Below, in pieces: positions 39,856 through 48,918 of a stretch of DNA of 64,000 nucleotides; the stretch's first letter is position 1; every line of letters starts with the position of its first letter. The notes beneath the pieces are model-generated. The model had not been told where the DNA came from and searched no databases. It worked only from the letters and a program-made list of their open reading frames with translations. The DNA comes from Alphaproteobacteria bacterium (GTDB lineage: Bacteria > Pseudomonadota > Alphaproteobacteria > DSM-16000 > Inquilinaceae). The stretch lies in contig JANQKE010000089.1 in assembly GCA_028281265.1 (NCBI GenBank), positions 2,249 through 66,248 of the forward strand. Reading direction: 5' to 3'. The position numbers and the translations under genes were made by a program.

Positions 39856-40739
39856 TAGGTCATCTGGCTACGGGCATGGGCGCAGATCTCGCCCGCGATC
39901 GCGTCAAGGTCGGCGGCCAGCCGATCGAACCCGTCATGCCGGGCCCTGGTGACTTCGTCCATATAGAGCTTGCGGTTGATTTCGATCTGCAGGCTGTGCC
40001 GTCCGCGATCCGGAGCCCCGTGGCGCCGCACCAGCTCCGCGCCCTTGAACGGCCGGTTGATGGCGACATCGTAGCCGCGCCGGCGGAAGGCATCGGCCAC
40101 GACGGCGGTGAACGCCGGCGCGCAGCTGGTGCCGTCCCGGTCGCCCAGCACGATGTCCGCCCGTTCCGCGCCGGCCGGGTCGGGCGACAGAGCATGGCCC
40201 CGCCGGGGCATCGAGTGGCAGTCGACATGCCAGACCTGGCCGCACCGGTCGTGGACCGACGCGGTCATCCGGTCCAGGGCCGCGTGATAGGGGCGCCAGT
40301 ACCGGTCGATCCGGTCCCGCACCTCGGCGACCGTCAGCTTGCGATCGTACATCGGCTGGTCGCCCCAGGCGAACCGCCAGATCAGCCCCATACCCCGCCG
40401 CACCGACGACGCCTGGCTCAGGGGGCCGGGCCAGGGCTCGGCCAGCAGCAGCGGATCGACATCCTCCATCGACCGGTTGACGTCCAGGAAGCTGCGCGGA
40501 AACAGCGCCTTCAGCAGTGGGCCGCCATGGCGCGGCGCGGCGGCGAACAAGGCGTCGACATGGGTGTCGGTGGCCACGAACACGCGGTCCATCGGCACGG
40601 CCGGGGTGAACCCGGCCGGGACGGTCAGACCGGAATGCGGGCTGTCGAACACGACCGGGGCCGGGTCGGCCGCCGGGTCGGGCGGGACGATCGACAGGAT
40701 ACCGGGAATGTCGGCGGGTATGTCGTGGATCATGTCCAT
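39855..40739 (-). CDS. N-formylglutamate amidohydrolase (FGase) family protein
   Basis: VFDSPHSGLTVP..., FPRSFLDVNRS, WHVDCHSMP. 294 aa. Confidence 0.8.
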   Translation of the reverse strand: MDMIHDIPADIPGILSIVPPDPAADPAPVVFDSPHSGLTVPAGFTPAVPMDRVFVATDTHVDALFAAAPRHGGPLLKALFPRSFLDVNRSMEDVDPLLLAEPWPGPLSQASSVRRGMGLIWRFAWGDQPMYDRKLTVAEVRDRIDRYWRPYHAALDRMTASVHDRCGQVWHVDCHSMPRRGHALSPDPAGAERADIVLGDRDGTSCAPAFTAVVADAFRRRGYDVAINRPFKGAELVRRHGAPDRGRHSLQIEINRKLYMDEVTRARHDGFDRLAADLDAIAGEICAHARSQMT

Positions 40740-40786
40740 GGCTTTCGCGAGGGCGCTTCCGAACCATCGAACGGGGAGGCGAGCGC

Positions 40787-42319
40787 GTGACCTTCGACCC
40801 TACCGAGCAGTGGCAGTTGCGCAAGCCGGCATCGGTCGGCGATGGCGGGGCGGTCACGGCACAGCATTGGCGCGCCGCACGGGTCGGGGCGGCGGTGCTG
40901 GAGAACGGCGGCAACGCGGTCGACGCGGCCGTCAGCACGGCCTTGGCGCTGCAGACATGCGAGCCCTGGATGTCCGGCCTGGCGGCCTCGGGCTACTGCA
41001 TGGTGCGGACCGGCGGCGGCCGGGTGACGGTCATCGACTTCACCGGCGTCGCACCGGCCGCCGCCGATCCCGACCGGTATCCCCTGGATCCCGGCGCCGG
41101 GCCGTCGTTTCTGGGATTCCCGGCCGTCGTCGACAACCGCAACGTCGTCGGCTGGGGAGCGGTCTGCGTCCCCGGTGCGGTGGCGGGGTTGAGCGCCGCG
41201 CTCGACCGTTTCGGCACCATCGGCTGGGACAGCGCCTTGGCGCCGGCGATCGATCTTGCCGATCACGGTATGGTGGTCGACTGGCATGCGACCCTGGCGA
41301 TCGCCTTGGCGGCGGCCGATCTCGGCCGGGATCCGCCGGCGCGCGCGACCTTCCTGCCCGACGGCGCGCCGCCCGCCCCGGGCAGACGCCTGCCCCTGGC
41401 GGCGTTGGCCCGGACCCTTCGGACGCTGGCCGATCGGGGGCCGGACGCCTTCTACCGGGGACCCGTCGCCGAGATCCTGGTGGCCGATGCCCGTGCCGGC
41501 GGGTCGGTCATCGACGCGGCCGATCTCGACGCCTACCGCCCGGTGATCGGCGATGCCCAATGGCTCGACCGGTCGACCGGCCGGATCGCCGTCGCCCCCA
41601 CCACCAGCGGCGGCCAGCGCCTGGTCGACACGCTGACCGCCATCGACGGCACGGCGGTCGACGCCGATGGCTTCGTCGCCCTGGCCGACGCGTTGCACGC
41701 CGCCTTCGCGGCCCATCGCCGTCGTCTGGGGCATGGGGGGGAGCCTCGGGACGGCAGCACCACGCATCTCAACGTCGTCGATCGGGACGGGATGATGGTG
41801 GCGGTGACCTTCACGCTGCTGAACCGGTTCGGATCGCGGGTCATGTCTCCCGGTACCGGCATCCTCATGAACAACGGCATCGCCTGGTTCGATCCGCGGC
41901 CGGGGTTCGGCAACTCGCTCGCCCCGTTCCGGCGAGGGGCGAACAACATGTGCCCCGTCCTGGCGGAACGGCTGGAGGGCAGCGGCTGGTTCGCCCTGGG
42001 GGCATCGGGCGGCAATCAGATCGTCCCGGCGCTGGCCCAGCTGATCTGGTTCATGATGGAGGGAGGCCTGTCGGTCGAGGCGGCGCTGCACGCCCCGCGC
42101 ATCGAGACGGGCTTCTCCCCGGCCGTGCGGGCGTATCCCGACCTCGATCCGGCGGTGCTGGCGGCACTGGAGGCCCGTTTCGCGGTGACCCGGCATCAGC
42201 CCGTGGTGTTCCCGCGGCTCTACGCATCTCCTTCGGGCATCGAGATCGGGCGCGATGCCCGAAGGATCGCACAGGCCGAGATCGGCTATCCCTCCGCCGG
42301 GACGGCGGCGGGCGGATAG
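40787..42319 (+). CDS. gamma-glutamyltransferase family protein
   Basis: GGAVTAQHWRAARVGAAVLENGGNAVDAAV..., with the autoprocessing-site context GSTTHLNVVDRDGMMVAVTFTL. GTG start. Confidence 0.85.
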   Translation: MTFDPTEQWQLRKPASVGDGGAVTAQHWRAARVGAAVLENGGNAVDAAVSTALALQTCEPWMSGLAASGYCMVRTGGGRVTVIDFTGVAPAAADPDRYPLDPGAGPSFLGFPAVVDNRNVVGWGAVCVPGAVAGLSAALDRFGTIGWDSALAPAIDLADHGMVVDWHATLAIALAAADLGRDPPARATFLPDGAPPAPGRRLPLAALARTLRTLADRGPDAFYRGPVAEILVADARAGGSVIDAADLDAYRPVIGDAQWLDRSTGRIAVAPTTSGGQRLVDTLTAIDGTAVDADGFVALADALHAAFAAHRRRLGHGGEPRDGSTTHLNVVDRDGMMVAVTFTLLNRFGSRVMSPGTGILMNNGIAWFDPRPGFGNSLAPFRRGANNMCPVLAERLEGSGWFALGASGGNQIVPALAQLIWFMMEGGLSVEAALHAPRIETGFSPAVRAYPDLDPAVLAALEARFAVTRHQPVVFPRLYASPSGIEIGRDARRIAQAEIGYPSAGTAAGG

Positions 42320-42456
42320 GGACCCTCTCAACCGGGGCGCCGACCGGCGCGGCGACCCCGGGCCCTTCCCACAACGCCGGACAGAACCCGATCAGGGCGG
42401 CGCGGGCATCGGTCCCGCGGCCGCCTCCATCCGACGGAGGTTAGGAACGGACAGCC

Positions 42457-44046
42457 ATGACCCTCTTGGAGAGATTCAGCCAGATGACGGCGGCCGCGGT
42501 CGTCGGCGTCACCGTCGCCTTGGGCGGTGCGGCACCCGCCGCCGCCCAGGACGACCGACCCGAACTGGTGATCGCGGTCGACAATCTGTGGCGGACGCTC
42601 GAGCCGATGATCGGTTTCAGCTCCTCGGCCTATCGCTTCAACCTGAACATCTTCGATCCGCTGGTCGATCGAAACTACCTCGAAGACCCCGAAGGTACGG
42701 GCTACGTGCCCTCGATCGCCACCGGATGGGAGCGCACGAGCCCGACGGTGTGGGAGTTCTCCATCCGCCAGGACGTGCTGTTCCACGACGGCCGGGAACT
42801 GACGGCCGAGGACGTGGCCTTCACCCTTTCGGCCGAGCGGATGTGGGGACCCGAGAGCCTCGCCCGCCGGGGGCGGAGCTTCATGCGCAACACCGTCCGG
42901 GTGGAGGCGACCGGGCCTTATACGGTCGAGATCGAGACCGCCTTTCCGGACCCCGTCTATTACCGCCGGTTCACCGATCAGATCGGCATGGTGGTGCCGG
43001 CCGACTTCGCCGGCATGACGCCCGAAGAGTACGGCATGATGCCGATCGGCACCGGCCCCTACCGGGTCACCGAGTTCAACCCCGGCGACCGGCTGGTGAT
43101 GGAGGCCTTCGACGAGGGCTGGCGCGGGGCTCCGCCGGCCTCCAGGATCACATGGGTGATCGTGCCGGAGCCGTCGGCCCGCCTGGCCGGCCTGGTTTCC
43201 GGCGAGTACGACTTCATCGTCAACGTGCCGCCCGACCAGCAGGAAGTGTTCGACGCTTACGACGACATCACCCTGGTCGTCCGGTCGATCGCCAACTACC
43301 CGATGTTCGCGATGAACACGCTCGTGACCGAGGAGAACCCCGACAACCCGCTGGTCGATGCGCGGCTGCGGCAGGCGATCGTCAGCGGCGTCGACCGGGA
43401 TCTGATCACCGAAGCGCTGTGGGGAGACGCAACCTTCGTACCGACGCCGTTCAACTTCCCCGAATATGGCGACTTCTACTTCGATCCCGAGCGGGACCGG
43501 ATGTGGCCGTACGATCCGGAACGCGCCCGTCAACTGGTCGAGGAAAGCGGCTATGACGGCACGCCGCTGATCTGGAAGATCACCCGCGGCTTCTATCCGA
43601 ACTACGAGGCCGCCGCCGAGATCATGGTCGAGATGTGGGCCGAGGTCGGCATCGACGTCCAGCTTGCGATCGTGGACAATTTCTCGCTGGCCTATGAGCG
43701 GCCGTTCCATCTCCTCAACATGTCGATGGGAAGTGCCTTCTCCGGCGACCCGATGCGGCCGCTGTGGATCGACTGGGGCCCGGGCTCGAACCGGGTGGGG
43801 GCCCATCACCGCACCTGGGTGCCGACCGACCGGTTCCTCGAACTCGGCCGCGCGTTCGAGCGGGAAGAGGATCTCGAACGCCGGCGGGCGCTCTATCTCG
43901 ACCTGGTCGAGGAGTGGGAGACCGTGACGCCCGGTATGTATATGTGGCGCAACGTCCTGATCTGGGCGCATCGGGCGGACTATGACTGGGTCTCCCAGCC
44001 GAATTCCGGCATGCGCCTGTATGGCGACTACCTGACCGTCAACTGA
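42457..44046 (+). CDS. ABC transporter substrate-binding protein, family 5 (peptide/nickel/glutathione type)
   Basis: Signal peptide, then ELVIAVDNLWRTLEP...; 529 aa, typical SBP_bac_5 length and pattern. Confidence 0.9.
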   Translation: MTLLERFSQMTAAAVVGVTVALGGAAPAAAQDDRPELVIAVDNLWRTLEPMIGFSSSAYRFNLNIFDPLVDRNYLEDPEGTGYVPSIATGWERTSPTVWEFSIRQDVLFHDGRELTAEDVAFTLSAERMWGPESLARRGRSFMRNTVRVEATGPYTVEIETAFPDPVYYRRFTDQIGMVVPADFAGMTPEEYGMMPIGTGPYRVTEFNPGDRLVMEAFDEGWRGAPPASRITWVIVPEPSARLAGLVSGEYDFIVNVPPDQQEVFDAYDDITLVVRSIANYPMFAMNTLVTEENPDNPLVDARLRQAIVSGVDRDLITEALWGDATFVPTPFNFPEYGDFYFDPERDRMWPYDPERARQLVEESGYDGTPLIWKITRGFYPNYEAAAEIMVEMWAEVGIDVQLAIVDNFSLAYERPFHLLNMSMGSAFSGDPMRPLWIDWGPGSNRVGAHHRTWVPTDRFLELGRAFEREEDLERRRALYLDLVEEWETVTPGMYMWRNVLIWAHRADYDWVSQPNSGMRLYGDYLTVN

Positions 44047-44131
44047 TCGTCCGTCGGTCCTGCCCGTGCGGTCGTGGGGCCTCCCCCTCGGTCGCACATC
44101 GGCGGCGGTGTCGGAGCCGACGCGTGAGGTG

Positions 44132-44231
44132 CTAGATTGACCTGCGTTCAGATGGACTCATCGGAACGCAGGTAAGGTGATCTCCTTTAAAGATTTAGTG
44201 CATCCGGCGTCCGTTCGGACACCGGATGCAC
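44132..44231 (+). repeat. double-hairpin element family B, copy 2
   Basis: CTAGATTGACCTGCGTTCAGATGGACTCATCGGAACGCAGG...CTCCTTTAAAGATTTAGTGCATCCGGCGTCCGTTCGGACACCGGATGCAC. It lies between the convergent SBP and SLC13 genes, and its distal end abuts the SLC13 TAG stop. Confidence 0.8.
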
Positions 44232-46087
44232 TATCCGACCGCCAGCAGCATCGGCGCCAGCAGCGTGAACGTCAGGCCCATGAGGGCCATCAACGGTACG
44301 CCGCCGACCAGGAAATCGACGAAGCGGTAGTGCCCCGGGCTCATCACCAGGAGGTTGGTCTGATAGCCGATCGGCGTGGCGAACGAGCAGTTCGCCCCCA
44401 GCAGGACCGCGATCGCGAACGCCACCGGATCGGTGTCCAGCGCCTGGGCCATGCCCAGCGCGATCGGCGTGAACAGCACCGCGACCGCGTTGTTGCTCAG
44501 CAGATTGGTGGCGATCGCGACGATCCCGTAGATCAAGACCAGATTGACCACCGGATCGGTGCCGGACACGGTGTCCACGATCAGCATGGCGGCCGCCCGG
44601 GCGGCACCGGTCTCCTCCATCGCCGCACCGAGCGCCAGGGTCGCCCCGACGATCAGATACAGGCGCCGGTCGATCGCGCGCTGGGCCTGGCGGATGTTCA
44701 GGCAGCCCAGGACCAGCATCGCCCCCGCCCCGGTCAGTGCGGCGACGCTGATCGGCAGGATACCGGTGGCCGCCAGCAGGACCGTCGCGCCGAACACCGC
44801 GATCGCGTGGGGTGCGCGCTCGTATTGCGGCAAGTCGAACACCGCTTCGGTCGCCAGCAGGACGTCGGGGTTCTGGGTCAGGGTCCCGATCGCCGTTCGC
44901 GACCCGGCCACCAGCAGCACATCGCCTTCGCGCAGGCGGATATCCCCCATCCGATGGCGGGCCATGCGCCCGCGGCGCTGGATACCCACGACCAGGACGC
45001 CGTACCGGGGTTCGAACCCCACCATGTCGACGGTCTGGTCGATCATCCGGCTGGCCGGGGCGATGACGATTTCGGCCAGTTGACGCTCCTTGGCCCGGAT
45101 CGGGCCCGGGCCGGCTTCGGCCTCGGGGACCGGGCTGGGCGGGTCGGCCAGGCTCCTCAGTATCTGGCCCGCGTTGCGTTCCAGCGCCTCGGTCAGGGCG
45201 TTTCGGGTGGCCGCGACGATGACCAGGTCGTCGGGTTGCAGGACGACGTCGTCCAAGGGCGGCAAAATCGCCTGATGGCCTCGGAGGATGAGCCTGACCG
45301 TGACGTTGGGTAGCTCGCGGAACTGGCCCGCGACGGGCCGCGCGCCGACCAGCCGGCTCCGCGCACCGACCGTGATCTCGCCGATGAACTGCCTGCCGCC
45401 ACCGGACAGCATCGGCATCGACGGCGCCCGCTCCGGCAGCAGCCGCGGCAGGATCAGGATCACGTAGACCATCCCGACGGCTCCCATGGCCGCGGCCAGG
45501 GCGGTCATGTCGAACATGTTCAGCCGATGGCCGATGCTCTCGCTGACCACGCTGGCGACCAGCAGGTTGGTACTGGACCCGATCAGCGTCAGCGCGCCGC
45601 CCAGGATCGCGGCGAACGACAACGGCATCATCAGCCGGCTGACCGGGAGCTTGAGCCGGCGCGCCAGGTCCTGGATCACCGGGATGAACATCACCACCAC
45701 CGGCGTGTTGTTCAGCACGGCGCTGCTGCTGAACACCCCGCCCAGCCCGGAGATGACGCCAAGCAGTCGACTGCGCCGGGCGATCGAGGCCAGACCCTTG
45801 GCCAGCGCGTTGATCGCCCCGGTATGGACCATGCCCTGGCCCATCACCATCAGGGCCAGCACCGCGATCAGGGACGGATTGGCGAACCCCGCGAGCAGCC
45901 GGTCGGGGCCGAGCAGGGCGCTCCCGGCGTCGTCCAGCAGGGGACACACCTGGAACCAGATCAGCAGGAACAGCAGCAGGCCGAGTGCGGTCAGTTCGAG
46001 CGACACCCGCTCCCAGACGAAGGAGGCGATCGCCGCAAGGGCGGCGATCAGAACGACACCTTGCTGGAACTCAACCGATAGGATCAT
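44231..46087 (-). CDS. SLC13/DASS-type anion permease with two central TrkA-C (RCK C-terminal) domains
   Basis: In-frame ATG at 46087 (MILSVEFQQGVVLIAALAAIASF...). Two soluble inserts (ITVGARSRLVGARPVAGQFRE...DDLVIVAATRNAL; EIVIAPASRMIDQTVDMVGFE...GDVLLVAGSRTAI) lie between polytopic halves. Confidence 0.85.
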   Translation of the reverse strand: MILSVEFQQGVVLIAALAAIASFVWERVSLELTALGLLLFLLIWFQVCPLLDDAGSALLGPDRLLAGFANPSLIAVLALMVMGQGMVHTGAINALAKGLASIARRSRLLGVISGLGGVFSSSAVLNNTPVVVMFIPVIQDLARRLKLPVSRLMMPLSFAAILGGALTLIGSSTNLLVASVVSESIGHRLNMFDMTALAAAMGAVGMVYVILILPRLLPERAPSMPMLSGGGRQFIGEITVGARSRLVGARPVAGQFRELPNVTVRLILRGHQAILPPLDDVVLQPDDLVIVAATRNALTEALERNAGQILRSLADPPSPVPEAEAGPGPIRAKERQLAEIVIAPASRMIDQTVDMVGFEPRYGVLVVGIQRRGRMARHRMGDIRLREGDVLLVAGSRTAIGTLTQNPDVLLATEAVFDLPQYERAPHAIAVFGATVLLAATGILPISVAALTGAGAMLVLGCLNIRQAQRAIDRRLYLIVGATLALGAAMEETGAARAAAMLIVDTVSGTDPVVNLVLIYGIVAIATNLLSNNAVAVLFTPIALGMAQALDTDPVAFAIAVLLGANCSFATPIGYQTNLLVMSPGHYRFVDFLVGGVPLMALMGLTFTLLAPMLLAVG

Positions 46088-46190
46088 CGAGACGGCCCGG
46101 TGCCTTGCGGGGACGATCGGTCGGTCATCGAAGCAGACGGGCTGCCCGGCGGCCTGGACCGGCGACCTTAGTCGGCCATTCGAGCCCCGC

Positions 46191-46260
46191 CTAGAGCGGG
46201 ATCGCGTCAGGTGCGATCGCGTTTGCGATCGCGCGTGACGTCCGAATCCCGCTCTGACTC
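46191..46260 (+). repeat. palindromic REP-like element family C, copy 1
   Basis: CTAGAGCGGGATCGCGTCAGGTGCGATCGCGTTTGCGATCGCGCGTGACGTCCGAATCCCGCTCTGACTCTCAC, a long imperfect palindrome (AGAGCGGGAT/ATCCCGCTCT and GCGATCGC/GCGATCGC arms). It lies in the 5' region of the SLC13 gene. Confidence 0.7.
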
Positions 46261-46479
46261 TCACCGTCGAGAGTGACCGGCGCCGGAGACCGCGCCGGCA
46301 AGGGGCTTTCACGTCTCGGGAGCGATCGTCCGGTGTTTCGTGTGAGCCCGCGGAGTACAGGATGATCCGGAGCGCATCTGCGCCGGGCCGGCCGCTCCGC
46401 TTGCGGGCGGAGCGTGGTTCCCGATCCGGGGAAGCATCCCGACCCGAGGAAGCAGGCACGCGGACCCCGCCATCGGGTC

Positions 46480-48762
46480 CTACCGCAGTGCCTCCAGGAT
46501 CTGGCTGCCTTCGATCGTGGCCGGAAACTCGCCGAGACCCCGGAAGGCGACGTAGAACAGGAAGCTGTCGCCATCGATACCCGACTCCCGGTCGGTGAAG
46601 TCTCGGGTGGCGGTCACCCGGAAGGTGAAGCATTCGTCGACATAGGATATGCCGATGCTGGCTTCCCGGTTCTCTTCCTGATCGAGGTCGACCGTCCAGC
46701 CGGCCGAGGCCGACCAGTTCTGGGTGAAACGGCTGCGGAAGGTGAGTTTCAGCTCTTCTTCATCCTGATTGCTGGCGGTCCCGGCCTGATCGTCGACGAA
46801 GGTGTACTGCGCGCGAGCCGACAACAGGGACACGCCGGCCCGGGCGTCGATCTCGTTCCGGCGGATCGACAGGTCCTCGGAATCCAGGCGAAAGCGCCAG
46901 TTCACGTCGAGCCAGCGGGCCGGCACCACGTCGATCACCCCGACGATGTCCGAATAGTCCTGATCCAGCCCCGAGCCGGCGGGGAACAGTTCGTCGTCAC
47001 CGGTCAGCCGGTAGCTCTGCCCGACGAAGGCGCTGGCATAGCCACCGCCGACCGGGTCGAACAGGCCGACATCTCCGCCATAGGTGATCCAGACACCGTC
47101 TTCCCGCCGGTCGAAACCGGGGAAACGGTTGGCGGCGAGCAAGGTGAGCTCGTCGAACTCGACGCCGAGGGAATCGTTGTTCGGGATGTCTTCCTCGTCG
47201 GAGCCGAACCCCAGGGAGGCCGTCGCGCTGAGCACCGGCTGCACCATGGCCTGAAGCCCGGATACGTTCCCCACGAAGGGGTATCGGACCTGGGTCTGCG
47301 CCAAGGGCGCGAGCCGTCCTGCCGTGACACCGTCCCGCAGCACGGACGGGTCGTCCGGATCGGGGAAGGCCTGCGACCGCCAGGCCGATCCGGCAAGCGT
47401 GCTCTCGAACTCCGCGACGACCCCCGACCGGGCGATATGCTGGCGCCGCCATCCGACGGTCACGTTGGTGCGGGCGGTGTCGATGCCCTCGAGCGAGGCA
47501 CCGGCCCGGCGAGCGGTCGTGGGCCCGTCGCCGGGCCGGGTCAGGACGATCCCGTCGGCCGACCCGAACAGGGTACCTCCCATCGGGCCCGACCCGGGCA
47601 GTCCGGTATAGGCGTATGACAGGTGAGGCAACGCATAGGGCTGGTCGACCCGGTTCGGCCGCACGTCGATGAACGCCAGCGCTTCCGCCACGGCATAGTC
47701 GTTGCGCGTGAACCCTTCGAGATAGACCCGGTTGTCGAGGATATCCTCGTCCGAAATCTCGAACACTTCGAGATAGTTGTCGTCCATGGCCGTACGGATC
47801 GAAGCGCCGGCTCGCCAATGCTCGTCGATGGCGAACTGGGTGTCGGCGAACAGATGACCGCGAAACGTATCGCCCTCGCCGGACTTGTCCTCACGCTCGC
47901 TGAAGTTGACCGTGCCTTCGATGTCGATGAAACCGGACTCGAAGCGTTGCCGCACGTCGCCGCCATAGGCTTGCTGGCGTTCCTGGCTGACGATGACCCT
48001 GGTGGTCAGGTCCCGGTCCTGAGCGATCGCCCAGTAGTAGCGGAGGTCGATCATCGACCCGGCCTGATCGTTGCGCCGGAGGATCGGCGCCAACCAGCCG
48101 GTCCGTTGCCGCACCCGCGGATCCGGCTGGGACAGGTAGGGCGTGAAGAACAGCGGCACGCCGAACATTTCCAGCGTGGCGTCGCGATAGACGATCTCCT
48201 GTTCCTCGTCATCGTGCACCGCACTGGCCGCCCGCAGCTGCCATAGGGGCGGCCGGTCGGGGTTGTCCTCGCACAGTTCGCAGGGGCTGTAGACCACCCG
48301 CTCGACATCGGTGAACCGGCCCTGCCGGCGCTGCCCGGAGGCCGCGGCCATCAACGCATTGTCGTCGAACCGGGTTGCCACCCCTTCGACGAAGCCGTTG
48401 GCGAAATCCTCGTCCAGCTCCGCATACTCGGCGAACCAGACATCGCCGCTGTCGTCGGTGTACACCACATTGCCCGACGCGGTGACGATGTCGGTGCGGC
48501 GATTGAGGGTGACCGTATCGGCCAGCAGGATGCGCTCCCCCTGGATCAGTTCCACGCCGCCGCGGGCGACCACGATGTCCAAGGCGTCGTCGAACGCGAG
48601 GTCGTCCGCCGTGATCAGCACCGGGCCGCCATCGGTCGAACCGCCGCCGCCCAGGGTCAGACCCTGACCGGAGACCGGACCCGCTGCGACCAGCAGCAGT
48701 GCCACCGCAGCCACCACCGCTGCGGCTGACGACGTCGATGTCCCGGAGATGTGCAGAGGCAT
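46480..48762 (-). CDS. lptD: LPS-assembly outer-membrane protein LptD
   Basis: Signal peptide, an OstA-like N-terminal domain (ITADDLAFDDALDIVVARGGVELIQGERILLADTVTLNRRTDIVTASGNV) and a large beta-barrel. 760 aa. Confidence 0.9.
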   Translation of the reverse strand: MPLHISGTSTSSAAAVVAAVALLLVAAGPVSGQGLTLGGGGSTDGGPVLITADDLAFDDALDIVVARGGVELIQGERILLADTVTLNRRTDIVTASGNVVYTDDSGDVWFAEYAELDEDFANGFVEGVATRFDDNALMAAASGQRRQGRFTDVERVVYSPCELCEDNPDRPPLWQLRAASAVHDDEEQEIVYRDATLEMFGVPLFFTPYLSQPDPRVRQRTGWLAPILRRNDQAGSMIDLRYYWAIAQDRDLTTRVIVSQERQQAYGGDVRQRFESGFIDIEGTVNFSEREDKSGEGDTFRGHLFADTQFAIDEHWRAGASIRTAMDDNYLEVFEISDEDILDNRVYLEGFTRNDYAVAEALAFIDVRPNRVDQPYALPHLSYAYTGLPGSGPMGGTLFGSADGIVLTRPGDGPTTARRAGASLEGIDTARTNVTVGWRRQHIARSGVVAEFESTLAGSAWRSQAFPDPDDPSVLRDGVTAGRLAPLAQTQVRYPFVGNVSGLQAMVQPVLSATASLGFGSDEEDIPNNDSLGVEFDELTLLAANRFPGFDRREDGVWITYGGDVGLFDPVGGGYASAFVGQSYRLTGDDELFPAGSGLDQDYSDIVGVIDVVPARWLDVNWRFRLDSEDLSIRRNEIDARAGVSLLSARAQYTFVDDQAGTASNQDEEELKLTFRSRFTQNWSASAGWTVDLDQEENREASIGISYVDECFTFRVTATRDFTDRESGIDGDSFLFYVAFRGLGEFPATIEGSQILEALR

Positions 48763-48918
48763 TGCGGCTGGGTCGACCGGATCGAAGGAGGATGCCGGAA
48801 GGCTTCGCCCAACCGAACGAGCCTGTCAATGTCAACGAATGGGGCAGAATGTGTCAGAAGTTCAAAGTGTTACGTTAGTACCTTAAGACAGCACCCGAAA
48901 TTGTCGATCACAGTTGCG

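Noticed and set aside
40339-42444. 701-aa plus-strand out-of-frame ORF over the GGT gene. Similar cases: 40730..42331, 42328..44097, 44177..45313, 44187..45947, 46414..47619, 50292..51629, 51682..53871, 54099..56576, 59527..60807, 61616..62611, 62750..63799.
   Set aside because: Low-complexity Arg/Pro/Gly/Asp/His-rich translations with no motifs. The alternative frames or strands encode clear GGT, SBP, SLC13, LptD, hydrolase, ParE, TRAP, ABC and XdhA proteins.
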